Assembly: GCA_964016885.1 (NCBI GenBank)
Contig: OZ024754.1
Coordinates: 25,110,001 to 25,174,000 of the forward strand
Direction: 5' to 3'
Source of the DNA: Eledone cirrhosa
Taxonomy: Eukaryota
Length of the DNA: 64,000 nucleotides
In this document: piece after piece, positions 15,793-30,510 of the stretch
How positions within the stretch are numbered: the first letter of the stretch is position 1
Layout: each line of letters opens with the position of its first letter
Position numbers and translations under genes: made by a program
Notes under the pieces: model-generated
Databases searched by the model: none
Seen by the model: the letters and a program-made list of their open reading frames with translations, nothing else
Told to the model about the DNA's origin: nothing

Positions 15793-18700
15793 GCTACTGT
15801 ACGTCTGTATACATATATTTATGTACGTATACATACATACTTACATTTAAGTAAGTGCCGTACCAAGAGTGAGAAATGAAATTTCGTTTCATTCAATTCC
15901 ATTTATCGTTTTCGGTGCGCCTGGCCGACTTAACTCACTCGATATGCAAATTAGGCTGCTCAGCCGTTAATTTTCATAAGGAAAGTATATACTTTCGAAC
16001 GTTCAACCATTTGGCAGAAAGGTATACGGTGCTGACGATAGCTAACAAGCTTGAAACTAGTACATCGTTCCTGTGTCAGTGTTGAACAAAAAGGTGACGT
16101 GGTTGCCTGAACACCGTATGGCGTAAATCAGGCTGTCCGTTTGTTTACCATCGAACAAAGCGAACATTATAATAAATGTTCGGTAAACTGATACGTGTAT
16201 ATATATATGTGTGCCTGTATGTATATATATATATATATATAAATTCTACTGTACGTCTGTATACATATATGTATGTACGTATACATACATACTTACATTT
16301 AAGTAAGTGCCGTACTAAGAGTGAGAAATGAAATTTCGTTTCATTCTATTCCATTTATCGTTTTCGGTGCGCCTGGCCGACTGAACTCACTCGATATGCG
16401 AATTAGGCTGTTCAGCCGTTAATTTTCATAAGGAAAGTATATACTTTCGAACGTTCAACCATCTGGCAGAAAGGTATACGGTGCTGACGATAGCTAACAA
16501 GCTTGAAACTAGTACATCGTTCCTGTGTCAGTGTTGAACAAAAAGGTGACGTGGTTGCCTGAACACCGTATGGCGTAAATCAGGCTGTCCGTTTGTTTAC
16601 GATCGAACAAAGCGAACATTATAATAAATGTTCGGTAAACTGATACGTGCATATATATATGTGTGCCTGTATGTATATATATATATATATATATATAAAT
16701 GCTACTGTACGTCTATATACATATATGTATGTACGTATACATACATACTTACATTTAAGTAAGTGCCGTACTAAGAGTGAGAAATGAAATTTCCTTTCAT
16801 TCTATTCCATTTATCGTTTTAGGTGCGCCTGGTCGACTGAACTCACTCGATATGAAAATTAGGCTGCTCGGCCGTTAATTTTCATAAGGAAAGTATATAC
16901 TTTCGAACGTTCAACCATCTGGCAGAAAGGTATACGGTGCTGACGATAGCTAACAAGCTTGAAACTAGTACATCGTTCCTGTGTCAGTGTTGAACAAATA
17001 GGTGACGTGTTTGCCTGAACACTGTACGGCGTAAATCAGCCTCTCCGTTTGTTTACAAACGAACCAAGCGAACCTTATAATAAATGTTCGGTAAACTGAT
17101 ACGTGCATATATATATATATATATAAATGCTACTGTACGTCTGTATACATATATGTATGTACGTATACATACATACTTACATTTAAGTAAGTGCCGTACT
17201 AAGAGTGAGAAATGAAATTTCGTTTCATTCTATTCCATTTATCGTTTTCGGTGCGCCTGGCCGACTGAACTCACTCTATATGCAAATTAGGTTGCTCAGC
17301 CGTTAATTTTCATAAGGAAAGTATATACTTTCGAACGTTCAACCATCTGGCAGAAAGGTATACGGTGCTGACGATAGCTAACAAGCTTGAAACTAGTACA
17401 TCGTTCCTGTGTCAGTGTTGAACAAAAAGGTGACGTGGTTGCCTGAACACTGTACGGCGTAAATCAGGCTGTCCGTTTCTTTACAAACGAACAAAGCGAA
17501 CATTATAATAAATGTTTCTTTAAACTGATACGTGCATATATATATGTGTGCCTGTATGTATATATATATATATATATATATAAATGCTACTGTACGTCTG
17601 TATACATATATTTATGTACGTATACATACATACTTACATTTAAGTAAGTGCCGTACTAAGAGTGAGAAATGAAATTTCGTTTCATTCTATTCCATTTATC
17701 GTTTTCGGTGCGCCTGGCCGACTGAACTCACTCGACATGCAAATTAGGCTGCTCAGCCGTTAATTTTCATAAGGAAAGTATATACTTTCGAACGTTCAAC
17801 CATCTGGCAGAAAGGTATACGGTGCTGCGATAGCTAACAAGCTTGAAACTAGTACATCGTTCCTGTGTCAGTGTTGAACAAAAAGGTGACGTGTTTGCCT
17901 GAACACTGTACGGCGTATATCAGGCTGTCCGTTTCTTTACAAACGAACAAAGCGAACATTATAATAAATGTTCGTTAAACTGATACGTGCATATATATAT
18001 GTGTGCCTGTATGTATATATATATATATATATATATAAATGTAACTGTACGTCTGTATACATATATTTATGTACGTATACATACATACTTACATTTAAGT
18101 AAGTGCCGTACTAAGAGTGAGAAATGAAATTTCGTTTCATTCAATTCCATTTATCGTTTTCGGTGCGCCTGGCCGACTTAACTCACTCGATATGCAAATT
18201 AGGCTGCTCAGCCGTTAATTTTCATAAGGAAAGTATATACTTTCGAACGTTCAACCATTTGGCAGAAAGGTATACGGTGCTGACGATAGCTAACAAGCTT
18301 GAAACTAGTACATCGTTCCTGTGTCAGTGTTGAACAAAAAGGTGACGTGGTTGCCTGAACACCGTATGGCGTAAATCAGGCTGTCCGTTTGTTTACCATC
18401 GAACAAAGCGAACATTATAATAAATGTTCGGTAAACTGATACGTGCATATATATATGTGTGCCTGTATGTATATATATATATATATATATATATAAATGC
18501 TACTGTACGTCTATATACATATATGTATGTACGTATACAAACATACTTACATTTAAGTAAGTGCCGTACTAAGAGTGAGAAATGAAATTTCGTTTCATTC
18601 TATTCCATTTATCGTTTTAGGTGCGCCTGGTCGACTGAACTCACTCGATATGAAAATTAGGCTGCTCGGCCGTTAATTTTCATAAGGAAAGTATATACTT

Positions 18701-19802
18701 TCGAACGTTCAACCATCTGGCAGAAAGGTATACGGTACTGACGATAGCTAAGAAGCTTGAAACTAGTACATCGTTCCTATGTCAGTGTTGAAAAAAAAGG
18801 TGACGTGGTTGCCTTAACACCGTACGACGTAAATCAGGCTGTCCGTTTGTTTACAAACGAATAAAGCGAACATTATAATAAATGTTCGGTAAACTGATAC
18901 GTGCATATATATATGTGTGCCTGTATGTATATATATATATATATACATGCTACTGTCCGTCTGTATACATATATGTATGTACGTATACATACATACTTAC
19001 ATTTAAGTAAGAGCCGTACTAAGAGTGAGAAATGAAATTTCGTTTCATTCTATTCCATTTATCGTTTTCGGTGCGCCTGGCCGACTGAATTCACTCTATA
19101 TGCAAATTAGGCTGCTCAGCCGTTAATTTTCATACGGAAAGTATATACTTTCGAACGTTCAACCATCTGGCAGAAAGGTATACGGTGCTGACGATAGCTA
19201 ACAAGCTTGAAACTAGTACATCGTTCCTGTGTCAGTGTTGAACAAATAGGTGACGTGTTTGCCTGAACACTGTACGGCGTAAATCAGCCTCTCCGTTTGT
19301 TTACAAACGAACCAAGCGAACCTTATAATAAATGTTCGGTAAACTGATACGTGCATATATATATATATATATAAATGCTACTGTACGTCTGTATACATAT
19401 ATGTATGTACGTATACATACATACTTACATTTAAGTAAGTGCCGTACTAAGAGTGAGAAATGAAATTTCGTTTCATTCTATTCCATTTATCGTTTTCGGT
19501 GCGCCTGGCCGACTGAACTCACTCGATATGCAAATTAGGCTGCTCAGCCGTTAATTTTCATAAGGAAAGTATATACTTTCGAACGTTCAACCATCTGGCA
19601 GAAAGGTATACGGTGCTGACGATAGCTAACAAGCTTGAAACTAGTACATCGTTCCTGTGTCAGTGTTGAACAAATAGGTGACGTGGTTGCCTGAACACTG
19701 TACGGCGTAACAACAGCCTGTCCGTTTGTTTACAAACGAACAAAGCGAACAATATAATAAATGTTCGGTAAACTGATACGTGCATATATATATGTGTGCC
19801 TG

Positions 19803-19839
<37 letters not shown>

Positions 19840-20263
19840 GTTCGGTAAACTGTATACATATATGTATGTACGTATACATACATACTTACATTTAAGTAAG
19901 TGCCGTACTAAGAGTGAGAAATGAAATTTCGTTTCATTCTATTCCATTTATCGTTTTCGGTGCGCCTGGCCGACTGAACTCACTCTATATGCAAATTAGG
20001 TTGCTCAGCCGTTAATTTTCATAAGGAAAGTATATACTTTCGAACGTTCAACCATCTGGCAGAAAGGTATACGGTGCTGACGATAGCTAACAAGCTTGAA
20101 ACTAGTACATCGTTCCTGTGTCAGTGTTGAACAAAAAGGTGACGTGGTTGCCTGAACACTGTACGGCGTAAATCAGGCTGTCCGTTTCTTTACAAACGAA
20201 CAAAGCGAACATTATAATAAATGTTTCTTTAAACTGATACGTGCATATATATATGTGTGCCTG

Positions 20264-20298
<35 letters not shown>

Positions 20299-22535
20299 GC
20301 TACTGTACGTCTGTATACATATATTTATGTACGTATACATACATACTTACATTTAAGTAAGTGCCGTACTAAGAGTGAGAAATGAAATTTCGTTTCATTC
20401 AATTCCATTTATCGTTTTCGGTGCACCTGGCCGACTTAACTCACTCGATATGCAAATTAGGCTGCTCAGCCGTTAATTTTCATAAGGAAAGTATATACTT
20501 TCGAACGTTCAACCATCTGGCGGAAAGGTATACGGTGCTGACGATAGCTAACAAGCTTGAAACTAGTACATCGTTCCTGTGTCAGTGTAGAACAAAAAGG
20601 TGACGTGGTTGCCTGAACACCGTACGGCGTAAATCAGGCTGTCCGTTTGTTTACAAATGAACAAAGCGAACATTATAATATGTTCGGTAAACTGATACGT
20701 GCATATATATATATGTGTGCCTGTATGTATATATATATATATATATATATACATGCTACTGTCCGTCTGTATACATATATGTATGTACGTATACATACAT
20801 ACTTACATTTAAGTAAGTGCCGTACTAAGAGTGAGAAATGAAATCTCGTTTCATTCTATTCCATTTATCGTTTTCTGTGCGCCTGGCCGACTGAACTCAC
20901 TCTATCCTTATGAAAATTAACGGCTGAGCAGCCTAATTTGCATATAGAGTGAGTTCAGTCGGCCAGGCGCACCGAAAACGATAAATAGAATAGAATGAAA
21001 CGAAATTTCATTTCTCACTCTTAGTACGGCACTTACTTAAATGTAAGTATGTATGTATAATTACATACATATATGTATAAAGACGTACAGTAGCATTTAT
21101 ATATATAATATATATATAAAGCGAACATTATAATAAATGTTCTGTAAACTGATACGTGCATATATATATGTGTGCCTGTATGTATATATATATATATATA
21201 TATATATAAATGCTACTGTACGTCTTTATACATATATGTATGTAATTATACATACATACTTACATTTAAGTAAGTGCCGTACTAAGAGTGAGAAATGAAA
21301 TTTCGTTTCATTCTATTCTATTTATCGTTTTCGGTGCGCCTGGCCGACTGAACTCACTCTATATGCAAATTAGGCTGCTCAGCCGTTAATTTTCATAAGG
21401 AAAGTATATACTTTCGAACGTTCAACCATCTGGCAGAAAGGTATACGGTGCTGACGATAGATAACAAGCTTGAAACTAGTACATCGTTCCTGTGTCAGTG
21501 TTGAACATAAAGGTGACGTGGTTGCCTGAACACTGTACGGCGTAAATCAGGCTGTCCGTTTGTTTACAAACGAACAAAGCGAACATTATAATAAATGTTC
21601 GTTAAACAGATACGTGCATATATATATGTGTGCCTGTATGTATATATATATATAAATGCTACTGTACGTCTGTATACATATATTTATGTACGTATACATA
21701 CATACTTACATTTAAGTAAGAGCCGTACTAAGAGTGAGAAATGAAATTCCGTTTCATTCCATTCGATTTATCGTTTTCGGTGCGCCTGGCCGACTTAACT
21801 CACTCGACATGCAAATTAGGCTGCTCAGCCGTTAATTTTCATAAGGAAAGTATATACTTTCGAACGTTCAACCATCTGGCAGAAAGGTATACGGTGCTGA
21901 CGATAGCTAACAAGCTTGAAACTAATACATCGTTCCTGTGTCAGTGTTGAACAAAAAGGTGACGTGGTTGCCTGAACACTGTACGGCGTAAATCAGGCTG
22001 TCCGTTTGTTTACAAACGAACAAAGTGAACATTATAATAAATGTTCGGTAAACTGATACGTGCATATATATATATGTGTGCCTGTATGTATATATATATA
22101 TATATACATGCTACTGTCCGTCTGTATACATATATGTATGTACGTATACATACATACTTACATTTAAGTAAGTACCGTACTAAGAGTGAGAAATGAAATT
22201 TCGTTTCATTCTATTCCATTTATCGTTTTCGGTGCGCCTGGCCGACTGAACTCACTCTATATGCAAATTAGGCTGCTCAGCCGTTAATTTTCATAAGGAA
22301 AGTATATACTTTCGAACGTTCAACCATCTGGCAGAAAGGTATACGGTGCTGACGATAGCTAACAAGCTTGAAACTAGTACATCGTTCCTGTGTCAGTGTT
22401 GAACAAATAGGTGACGTGGTTGCCTGAACACTGTACGGCGTAACAACAGCCTGTCCGTTTGTTTACAAACGAACAAAGCGAACATTATAATAAATGTTCG
22501 GTAAACTGATACGTGCATATATATATGTGTGCCTG

Positions 22536-22584
<49 letters not shown>

Positions 22585-23466
22585 GCTACTGTACGTCTGT
22601 ATACATATATGTATGTACGTATACATACATACTTACATTTAAGTAAGTACCGTACTAAGAGTGAGAAATGAAATTTCGTTTCATTCTATTCCATTTATCG
22701 TTTTCGGTGCGCCTGGCCGACTGAACTCACTCGACATGCAAATTAGGCTGCTCAGCCGTTAATTTTCATAAGGAAAGTATATACTTTCGAACGTTCAACT
22801 ATCTGGCAGAAAGGTATACGGTGCTGACGATAGCTAACAAGCTTGAAACTAGTACATCGTTCCTGTGTCAGTGTTGAACAAAAAGGTGACGTGGTTGCCT
22901 GAACACTGTACGGCGTAAATTCAGGCTGTCCGTTTGTTTACAAACGAACAAAGCGAACATTATAATAAATGTTCGTTAAACTGATACGTGCATATATATA
23001 TGTGTGCCTGTATGTACATATATATATATATATATAAATGCTACTGTACGTCTGTATACATATATTTATGTACGTATACATACATACTTACATTTAAGTA
23101 AGTGCCGTACTATGAGTGAGAAATGAAATTTCGTTTCATTCAATTCCATTTATCGTTTTCGGTGCGCCTGGCCGACTTAACTGACTCGATATGCAAATTA
23201 GGCTGCTCAGCCGTTAATTTTCATAAGGAAAGTATATACTTTCGAACGTTCAACCATCTGGCAGAAAGGTATACGGTGCTGCCGATAGCTAACAAGCTTG
23301 AAACTAGTACATCGTTCCTGTGTCAGTGTTGAATAAATAGGTGACGTGGTTGCCTGAACACTGTACGGCGTAACTCAGCCTGTCCGTTTGTTTACAAACG
23401 AACAAAGCGAACATTATAATAAATGTTCGGTAAACTGATACGTGCATATATATATATGTGTGCCTG

Positions 23467-23501
<35 letters not shown>

Positions 23502-24402
23502 GCTACTGTACGTCTGTATACATATATGTATGTACGTATACATACATACTTACATTTAAGTAAGTGCCGTACTAAGAGTGAGAAATGAAATTTCGTTTCA
23601 TTCTATTCCATTTATCGTTTTCGGTGCGCCTGGCCGACTGAACTCACTCTATATGCAAATTAGGCTGCTCAGCCGTTAATTTTCATAAGGAAAGTATATA
23701 CTTTCGAACGTTCAACCATCTGGCAGAAAGGTATACGGTGCTGACGATAGCTAACAAGCTTGAAACTAGTACATCGTTCCTGTGTCAGTGTTGAACAAAT
23801 AGGTGACGTGGTTGCCTGAACACTGTACGGCGTAACTCAGCCTGTCCGTTTGTTTACAAACGAACAAAGCGAACATTATAATAAATGTTCGTTAAACTGA
23901 TACGTGCATATATATATGTGTGCCTGTATGTACATATATATATATATATATAAATGCTACTGTACGTCTGTATACATATATTTATGTACGTATACATACA
24001 TACTTACATTTAAGTAAGTGCCGTACTAAGAGTGAGAAATGAAATTTCGTTTCATTCAATTCCATTTATCGTTTTCGGTGCGCCTGGCCGACTTAACTGA
24101 CTTGATATGCAAATTAGGCTGCTCAGCCGTTAATTTTCATAAGGAAAGTATATACTTTCGAACGTTCAACCATCTGGCAGAAAGGTATACGGTGCTGACG
24201 ATAGCTAACAAGCTTGAAACTAGTACATCGTTCCTGTGTCAGTGTTGAACAAATAGGTGACGTGGTTGCCTGAACACTGTACGGCGTAAATCAGCCTCTC
24301 CGTTTGTTTACAAACGAACCAAGCGAACATTATAATAAATGTTCGGTAAACTGATACGTGCATATATATATATATATATAAATATATAAATATATATATA
24401 TA
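10702..24402 (+). repeat. Right arm of the same satellite in inverted orientation; ~28 units, ribozyme sense on the plus strand
   Basis: Reverse complement of the left-arm unit, with arm-specific variants (gaaagg vs gaaggg, gttcggtaaa vs gttcgctaaa); ends in (TA)n abutting a Gypsy fragment at ~24,403. Confidence 0.95.
11814..11856 (+). ncRNA. Minimal type I hammerhead ribozyme motif (representative right-arm copy)
   Basis: Stem I ACGGUG/CAUCGU; core CUGACGA (11820-11826); stem II AGCU-AACA-AGCU; GAAA (11841-11844); palindromic stem III ACUAGU; predicted cleavage after GUA at 11850. Caveat: U-U at the base of stem II. Further copies at ~12264, 12758, 13200, 13680, 14132, 14586, 15044, 15504, 16026 ... 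24189. Confidence 0.8.
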
Positions 24403-25705
24403 AGTTTTCGTGCCCTCAGAGAAAAATAGGGCGGACGTCGAAAGCCTGGATGGAAGCGCCGGAGGAGGTAGAATATGAGATAGCTGCCGTGTGTCGGCTG
24501 ACCGAGTCGGATCTGAAAGGGTTGCATGACATGCACCACATGGGAGTGGATAGGAGCCTGTTCCTAGCCAGGAGAATCGACTCGGACGTTAACAGACACA
24601 GTGTTCAAAGGGTGGTTAGATGTCAGTCCATTGATCCCGCCCCGGGTGTGCACGAAACGGGAAGCCTCCCGGTGGATCGCGACTGGAAGCGATTGGTGGT
24701 GGATGTAACGCACTACCGACAGGGAACGTACCTCTCGATGGTCGACTGTGGACCAGGACGGATGGCGATATGGAGGGTGATGAAGACTGGAACGGCCGAG
24801 GAAATCATGCGGACTTTGAGATGGTGTTCTTGGAGCGGGGCCCTGTGGACGAACTGCTGATGGACAACAGCGCAGCGTTCCGCTCGGAGGCGCTGAGGGA
24901 GATGCTCGATGGATGGAAGGTGGACCGTTTCTTCAGAGCAGCGCACAGGCCGAGCGGGAATGGAATTGTGGAGCGACACCACCGGACCGTCAAGGCAATG
25001 GCGGAGCGGGGCCATATCTCACCAATGGAAGCAGTGTTCTGGTACAACATGTCCCCTCGGGTGGGACAGGTCGAGGAATCGGTGCCACACAGAGCAGTAT
25101 TCAGATACGAGTGGCAGCACCCGTGCACGCCACCACAACGGCCAGTGGGGAGAGAGAGAGTGCATTCGTGCAGGTGGGCGAAGAAGTCTGGGTTAAGCCC
25201 CCAGATGCACGTTGCACATCTCAATGGGGAAGGGGAACGGTGACGGCCGTAAATTCCCAGAACAATGTGTCCGTGGACGGAGTACCACATCATGTCCTGG
25301 ATGTCCGTAGAATCACTGTGTCAACGGAATCCGAGGAAGAGGAAACCCAAAGTGCCGCCCCAGCACTGCGGAGATCGCAAAGAAGTCGCAAACCACCAAC
25401 CTGGACAGCAGACTTTCATATGCAGAAGGATGAGGGGGAAATTGATCCTTGAGATCAGGGGGGGCGTGTGGGTATGGTGTGGCGTGCGGTGGCCGGAAGC
25501 TGGGGAGTGCTCGACCGGAAGAGTGCTTGACCGGAAGGGTGCTTAGCCGGAAGGGTGCTCGACCGGAAGGGCCAGCAGATCTCTCTAGTGGTGACCAGGA
25601 ACGGTGTGGACGCGAGTTTTGGCAGCTCCCGGTGTTAATGAGTTGGACGCACGTGGAAGAGGAGAAACCAGCAATGGGATTTAGCGGCGCCTATGAAAAG
25701 CGGTA
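24403..25705 (+). mobile_element. Gypsy/Ty3 LTR retrotransposon 3' fragment: frameshifted integrase, polypurine tract and start of the 3' LTR
   Basis: HHMGVDRS..C, LVVDVTHY, ELLMDNSAAF, PSGNGIVERHHRTVK and WGRGTV motifs spread across three frames; stop at 25452; PPT aggggggg at ~25457-25464; TG start of LTR at 25467. Confidence 0.85.
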
Positions 25706-25984
25706 AGTGAGATAGCTTTTTCTAACCACACTTATTACACACATGTTTTGATAATTCTTAAGAATTGTAATATATTTTCTTTAATATATTGCAAACCTTG
25801 AAGGAGGTTATGTAGAAAGTCATAAACAATTTCAGTTTTATCTAACTATGCCATAAAGATAATCAGCTTCACAAAATCTTGTGAATAATACAAATAAATA
25901 ATAATAATTAGAAATATAGTTTTTCAACATGCGTAATTTACCAGTTTACATGTATATATCTTACACATGATAACACAACCACAG

Positions 25985-26400
25985 CATTCCTTGCTTTAAG
26001 CAAGGTGATCTTCTTCCCCTGCAAAGCCAAAATGACGCTATTGCATTTGTCGAAGATGTTGGTGAGGTAGGCGCAGTCTTGCCTCACATCGAGGGTTTTC
26101 TTGTATTGTTCTCCTCTCAGAAACTCAATGATAGAGTCGAAGAGTTCAAAGAAGTGAGTAGAGCACTTGCCCTTTGAAAGCCACTCACTTCAGTATGAAG
26201 GAGCAACTTGACGAATTCTTCGTCATTATCTTGGCACAGTTGCTGGAAAATTTGTTCATTGAGGGAATGCCGTTTGATAAAATTGATGACATCAATGGCC
26301 ACCTGCAAGGACTTTCTCAGATAGATTTTCTCTCTTCAGAAGAGTGACGAAGCCGTTATGTTGGCCGACCATTGCTCTTGCGTCGTCCGTAGCACATAAT
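25985..26400 (-). mobile_element. Degenerate hAT (Buster/Charlie-type) transposase fragment
   Basis: CATDDARAMVG (cf. CTDGAxAMxG), VINFIKRHSLNEQIFQQLC, LLLHTEV-(R)WLSKG and YLTNIFDK-N...LQGK, with frameshifts. Confidence 0.8.
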
Positions 26401-26404
26401 ACAA

Positions 26405-26765
26405 TGTGTGTTGTATGTGGTCCTAGATGTGTGTATTACCACCTTATGTATTGTATGTGTTCCTAGATGTATGTATTACCTAATTGTGTTGTATGTCGTC
26501 CTAGATGTTTGTATTACCTGCTTATGTGTTGTATGTGGTGCTAGATGTATGTATTACCTGCCTGTGTGTTTTATATGGTCCTAGATGTGTGTGTGCTACC
26601 TCCTTATGTGTTGCATGTGGTCCTAGATGTGTGTATTACCTGCTTATGTGTTGTATGTGGTCCTAGATGCGTTTATTACCTGCTTATGTGCTGTATGTGG
26701 TCCTAGATGTGTGTATTACCTGCTTATGTGTTGTATGTGGTCCTAGATGTGTGTACTACCTGCTT
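26405..26765. repeat. 40-bp minisatellite, ~9 copies
   Basis: Unit tgtgttgtatgtggtcctagatgtgtgtattacctgctta. Confidence 0.9.
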
Positions 26766-28444
26766 CTTTTTTTTATTTGTAATATTATTTATACAATAGG
26801 GAATAAAATAGATCTACATAGTGTTAACTCGTTACGGTTGAGTCAATAATTTCAGACATGAAATACATTGTTATCGGTGAAGGAAAGATAAGATTCTAAC
26901 TGGCTGCGCTGAAAGTATCCTTGACCCATTTGACTGTGGTTTTTTTCATTTTTAGGATCTCAATTACCGGTTAATGTTTAGACACGCCTGCTCACAGCTG
27001 CAGTCAGACTATATTTATGCTGTCTGCAAGCTCATTCAAATGCATTCACACTGGCTGTCTCAAAGACATGCAAATATGGCTTATAAAACTTACCAAAGTA
27101 AAGGTCTTCCAGCGCGCCCTAGCTCCCCTCAAGCTCCCCCCCCCCCTGGAGTTCCGAAACGCCCCCGAGGGTGCATATGCCCCCAGTTGAGAACATTTGG
27201 TATATATTATATATATAATTGTTTCTACTTTTGGCACAAGGCCAGCAATTACCAAGTACATTACTGGTACTTTATTTTATCGACCCCGTAAGGATGAAAG
27301 GCAAAGTTAACCTCGGCAGTCAATCTCATGTAAAAGTCCACCCACTATTTTTGGCCAAAACATCTGGAATCTTCCATAGACCTCATATAAAAGTAGACCC
27401 TAGAATTCCACAGATAACAGGACAACAATCGACGGTCAATCGTGTACGTAGAAATAACACTTTGCCTTTCATCCTTACAGGGTCGATAAAATAAAGTACT
27501 AGTAATGTACTGGGGTTGACTTTCCCCACTCCAAAAATTGTTGGTCATGTGCCTAAATGAGAAACTATTGTACATAATCATATTATATATGTTTTCCTAT
27601 ATACTTCTATAGCTGTGTTAGAGCTATACTGTTTTCATGTACCAAAGTTCACTCACAAGGTATTAGTAGAAGCCATAGACCTCATGTAGAATTCGACCCT
27701 AGTATTTCACAGATAACAGGTCAACAATTGTGGGTCACGGTATCATCCTGTACGTAGATATAACAGTGACAAAATCGTCATAAATTTAAGGTAAATTTAT
27801 ATTATTGCAAATACATGTTTGAAACTAAAAAGAAATACCCAAACATGTGCTTACCTTACTGTAACCTGCCCCAGAGCTGGAATGGTTGGTGCTTATAGCA
27901 GACCTGCCAACCTCTAAAAACTCAAAAGGGGGAGTATGATGAAAAAAAAGAGCCCTAAAACAGGGATAAATGAGGCAAAAATGGGGAGATTTTACATCAT
28001 GAAAGCTATACCCATTTTCACAAAAAAAGACATCTCTCATCCACTCCAAAGGTGGTGTATTGGTAGAGTCATTAGGACGTTGGATAGAATGCTTTGCAGT
28101 ATTCACTCCAGGTCACTGTTCTCTGAGTTCAAATCCTTTCAAATATGTGCGTGTGTGTAAAAATTGCAAATGCAGACATTTAATCAGTCTATAGCATTGG
28201 TCTGGGAAAATATGCAATTACACACATTACAAATAACCTTTGGTAAGCATGTTTAATACAGTTAAATCATTGAGTGAATAATGAGACTAACAAGGTAATA
28301 GTGAATATTTTTACCTGTGACCCTGTATAACTATAAACTAAATATATGTATGTGTGTGTGTATCAATCAGAATGGATGCAATAAAACCAGTTAGACCATT
28401 ACTCACCAGAGTACTTGATACTTGGGGGAGTAGAGTGGGTAATA

Positions 28445-28551
28445 TGAAAAATTCGGGACTCCGACGACTCAGCTCCTACTGTTTCAACAGCTAGTTCAGA
28501 TCTAGCTGTTGAAACAGCAGGAGCTCAACCATCGGGGTCCTGAATTTTTCA
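28445..28551. repeat. ~105-bp near-perfect hairpin (MITE-like foldback)
   Basis: gaaaaattcgggactccga...gagct/agctcc..ctgtttcaacagctag-ttcagat-ctagctgttgaaacag...tcggggtcctgaatttttc. Confidence 0.8.
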
Positions 28552-29719
28552 CACACACACATACACACATCCTAGTAAGATAAACATTACACATAAAGTA
28601 TCAATATTAACAAATAATGTAAAATTGACAGATTTTATTTTATAAAGTTACAAATCAGAATTACAAATAATGTTCCAATCTGGAAAATATTTTAATCATT
28701 TTATTCTTCAAACTCATCTTTTATAATCATCGTTTTTCAACCCTCAACCATGTGCCATTTTGGGCGTAAAGAAATATTTGTCCTGTTTTAAGAGGTATCT
28801 GGTAAAAGAAATAACAAAAAATGATGTAAGTACTTAACAGTTTCAGATAATTGAGCAATAGTTTAGGACTGTATTCAATATTATTCAAGATCTATTTCAT
28901 AATTGAATCCAAAAGACAGGAAATAGGGTAACAGGTCGGTGTTTTGGCTGCACCCTGCAGATGAATTGATAAAGGCATTTCGCAGAAAATGGCCAGCGAT
29001 ACCAGCTGCAACAACCACCCCACCATATGAGGTTCCTTCTTCAGACGGGCTGCTATCAAATCCAATTTTACAAAAGAGGTCAGCTATTTGGAGTCCAAGG
29101 ATGCCTGTCATGTCATGTGATAGATGAGAGGTTTACCTCCTTCAAAAGGGAAAAGAGTAATTCCGTCCAGGCGCATGCTGTTGCCGCTGTCAAGACCTAT
29201 TGACGCCAGTTGTGACAGCCAACCAATGAATTGAGGCTCTTTCTCATTATGTCATCAAGCGTGGCATGTCAAGGGAACTGGCCTGTGCTCTGGCAGCATG
29301 ATAATGGAATGGAGTTAGGCGAGGTGGTGTTAGTAAAAGTCAGACTCGATCTGCCTGAAGCTAGACCTGCACTTGATGTCATCCCAGTTACATTGGACAT
29401 TATACCCTCTCAGGAATAAGTGGAAGAAGAAGAACAAAAAGTTTCATATTACTTCGATTTGGGGAGATTTCACAAATTTATATTTTCTGAGTGTGCTAAC
29501 AATGGCTAGCTTAAATTCGAGTCTTGCCATTTTAATTCCTATACAGATTCTTGGTCCCATTCAAAATGGCATGTAGGCATAAGGATTTAATCTGTCTTTT
29601 GCTTCAGGAGCAAATCTAGCAATTAAATAGAATACAATAAATCAAAGAGGATAACAAAAATATGTAAATATAATAAATTCTTCATTTAATTTTGACTTTC
29701 AATAAAAGAGAGAATGCCG

Positions 29720-29900
29720 AAATGTTCCTGGCTTTAAGGTTATCGCGACAGGGTAGAGCTGTCACCTTAAGAGAAGAGGTAGGACTGTTGCAATAAGTGT
29801 GTGGATCTGTGAGGGGAATATGTTGAATAAAATAATAATTAACTGATCCTCCTCTATTTTCTTTTACCCAAAGCCAGGAACTTTTCAGCACCACCTTGTA
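29720..29900. mobile_element. Mariner-like MITE/TIR remnant (paralogous copy at ~50314-50460)
   Basis: Inverted ends aaatgttcctggcttt / aaagccaggaacttttcagcaccaccttgta, ending in TA. Confidence 0.5.
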
Positions 29901-29969
29901 TGGCGAATCAAAACAAAAGGGACTATATGTACACGAACATCCAGCGTGACCACTTCCAAACAATCTTCC

Positions 29970-29970
<1 letters not shown>

Positions 29971-30063
<93 letters not shown>
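29971..30063. repeat. (GA)n microsatellite
   Basis: Direct observation. Confidence 0.95.
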
Positions 30064-30064
<1 letters not shown>

Positions 30065-30289
30065 AAAACGGTTTCGAGTAACTCTAATAAAATGTTTTCA
30101 GCATTCTCAAGAGCTTGTGATGTTTAGCTTGTTGGGTAACGAAACATGGATCTGTTATTGAATTCAGTAAGATTCTGCCAGATAAAATATCGTTGCACCT
30201 TGCATCCCAGATGAGAGGCTTACCACCGTAGAGTGTGAAGATTGTGATGCCATCTGGCCTTTTGCTGTCTCCTCAGTCTAATCCTACCA

Positions 30290-30510
30290 ATTCAAGCTGT
30301 CATTAGAAGCCAGCAGTGTCCAAGCCATACTTGATGGTCTCATTGACAGCGGCTTGGTATGAGGGGCAATCTACACCGTGGTGGCATGACAGAATGAAGG
30401 TCGAAAGCAACGACAGTGGCTCAAAAGCCACATTTGTGTTGCTCGCAGTTTTGGAGTCCAAGCCTTGAAGAAACACTGATGTGCAGAGAGTCATTGTCCA
30501 GCTGAATACC
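30290..30510 (-). mobile_element. Degenerate restriction-endonuclease-type (CRE-like) non-LTR fragment; related copies at ~49600-49860 (+) and ~63190-63420 (-)
   Basis: Remnants of LRFGL..EQHKCCCG..GLHS-C...RH...LDTAGF zinc-knuckle region; three mutually similar copies. Confidence 0.5.

Noticed and set aside
29900-30161. RE-repeat ORFs
   Set aside because: Translation of the (GA)n microsatellite.
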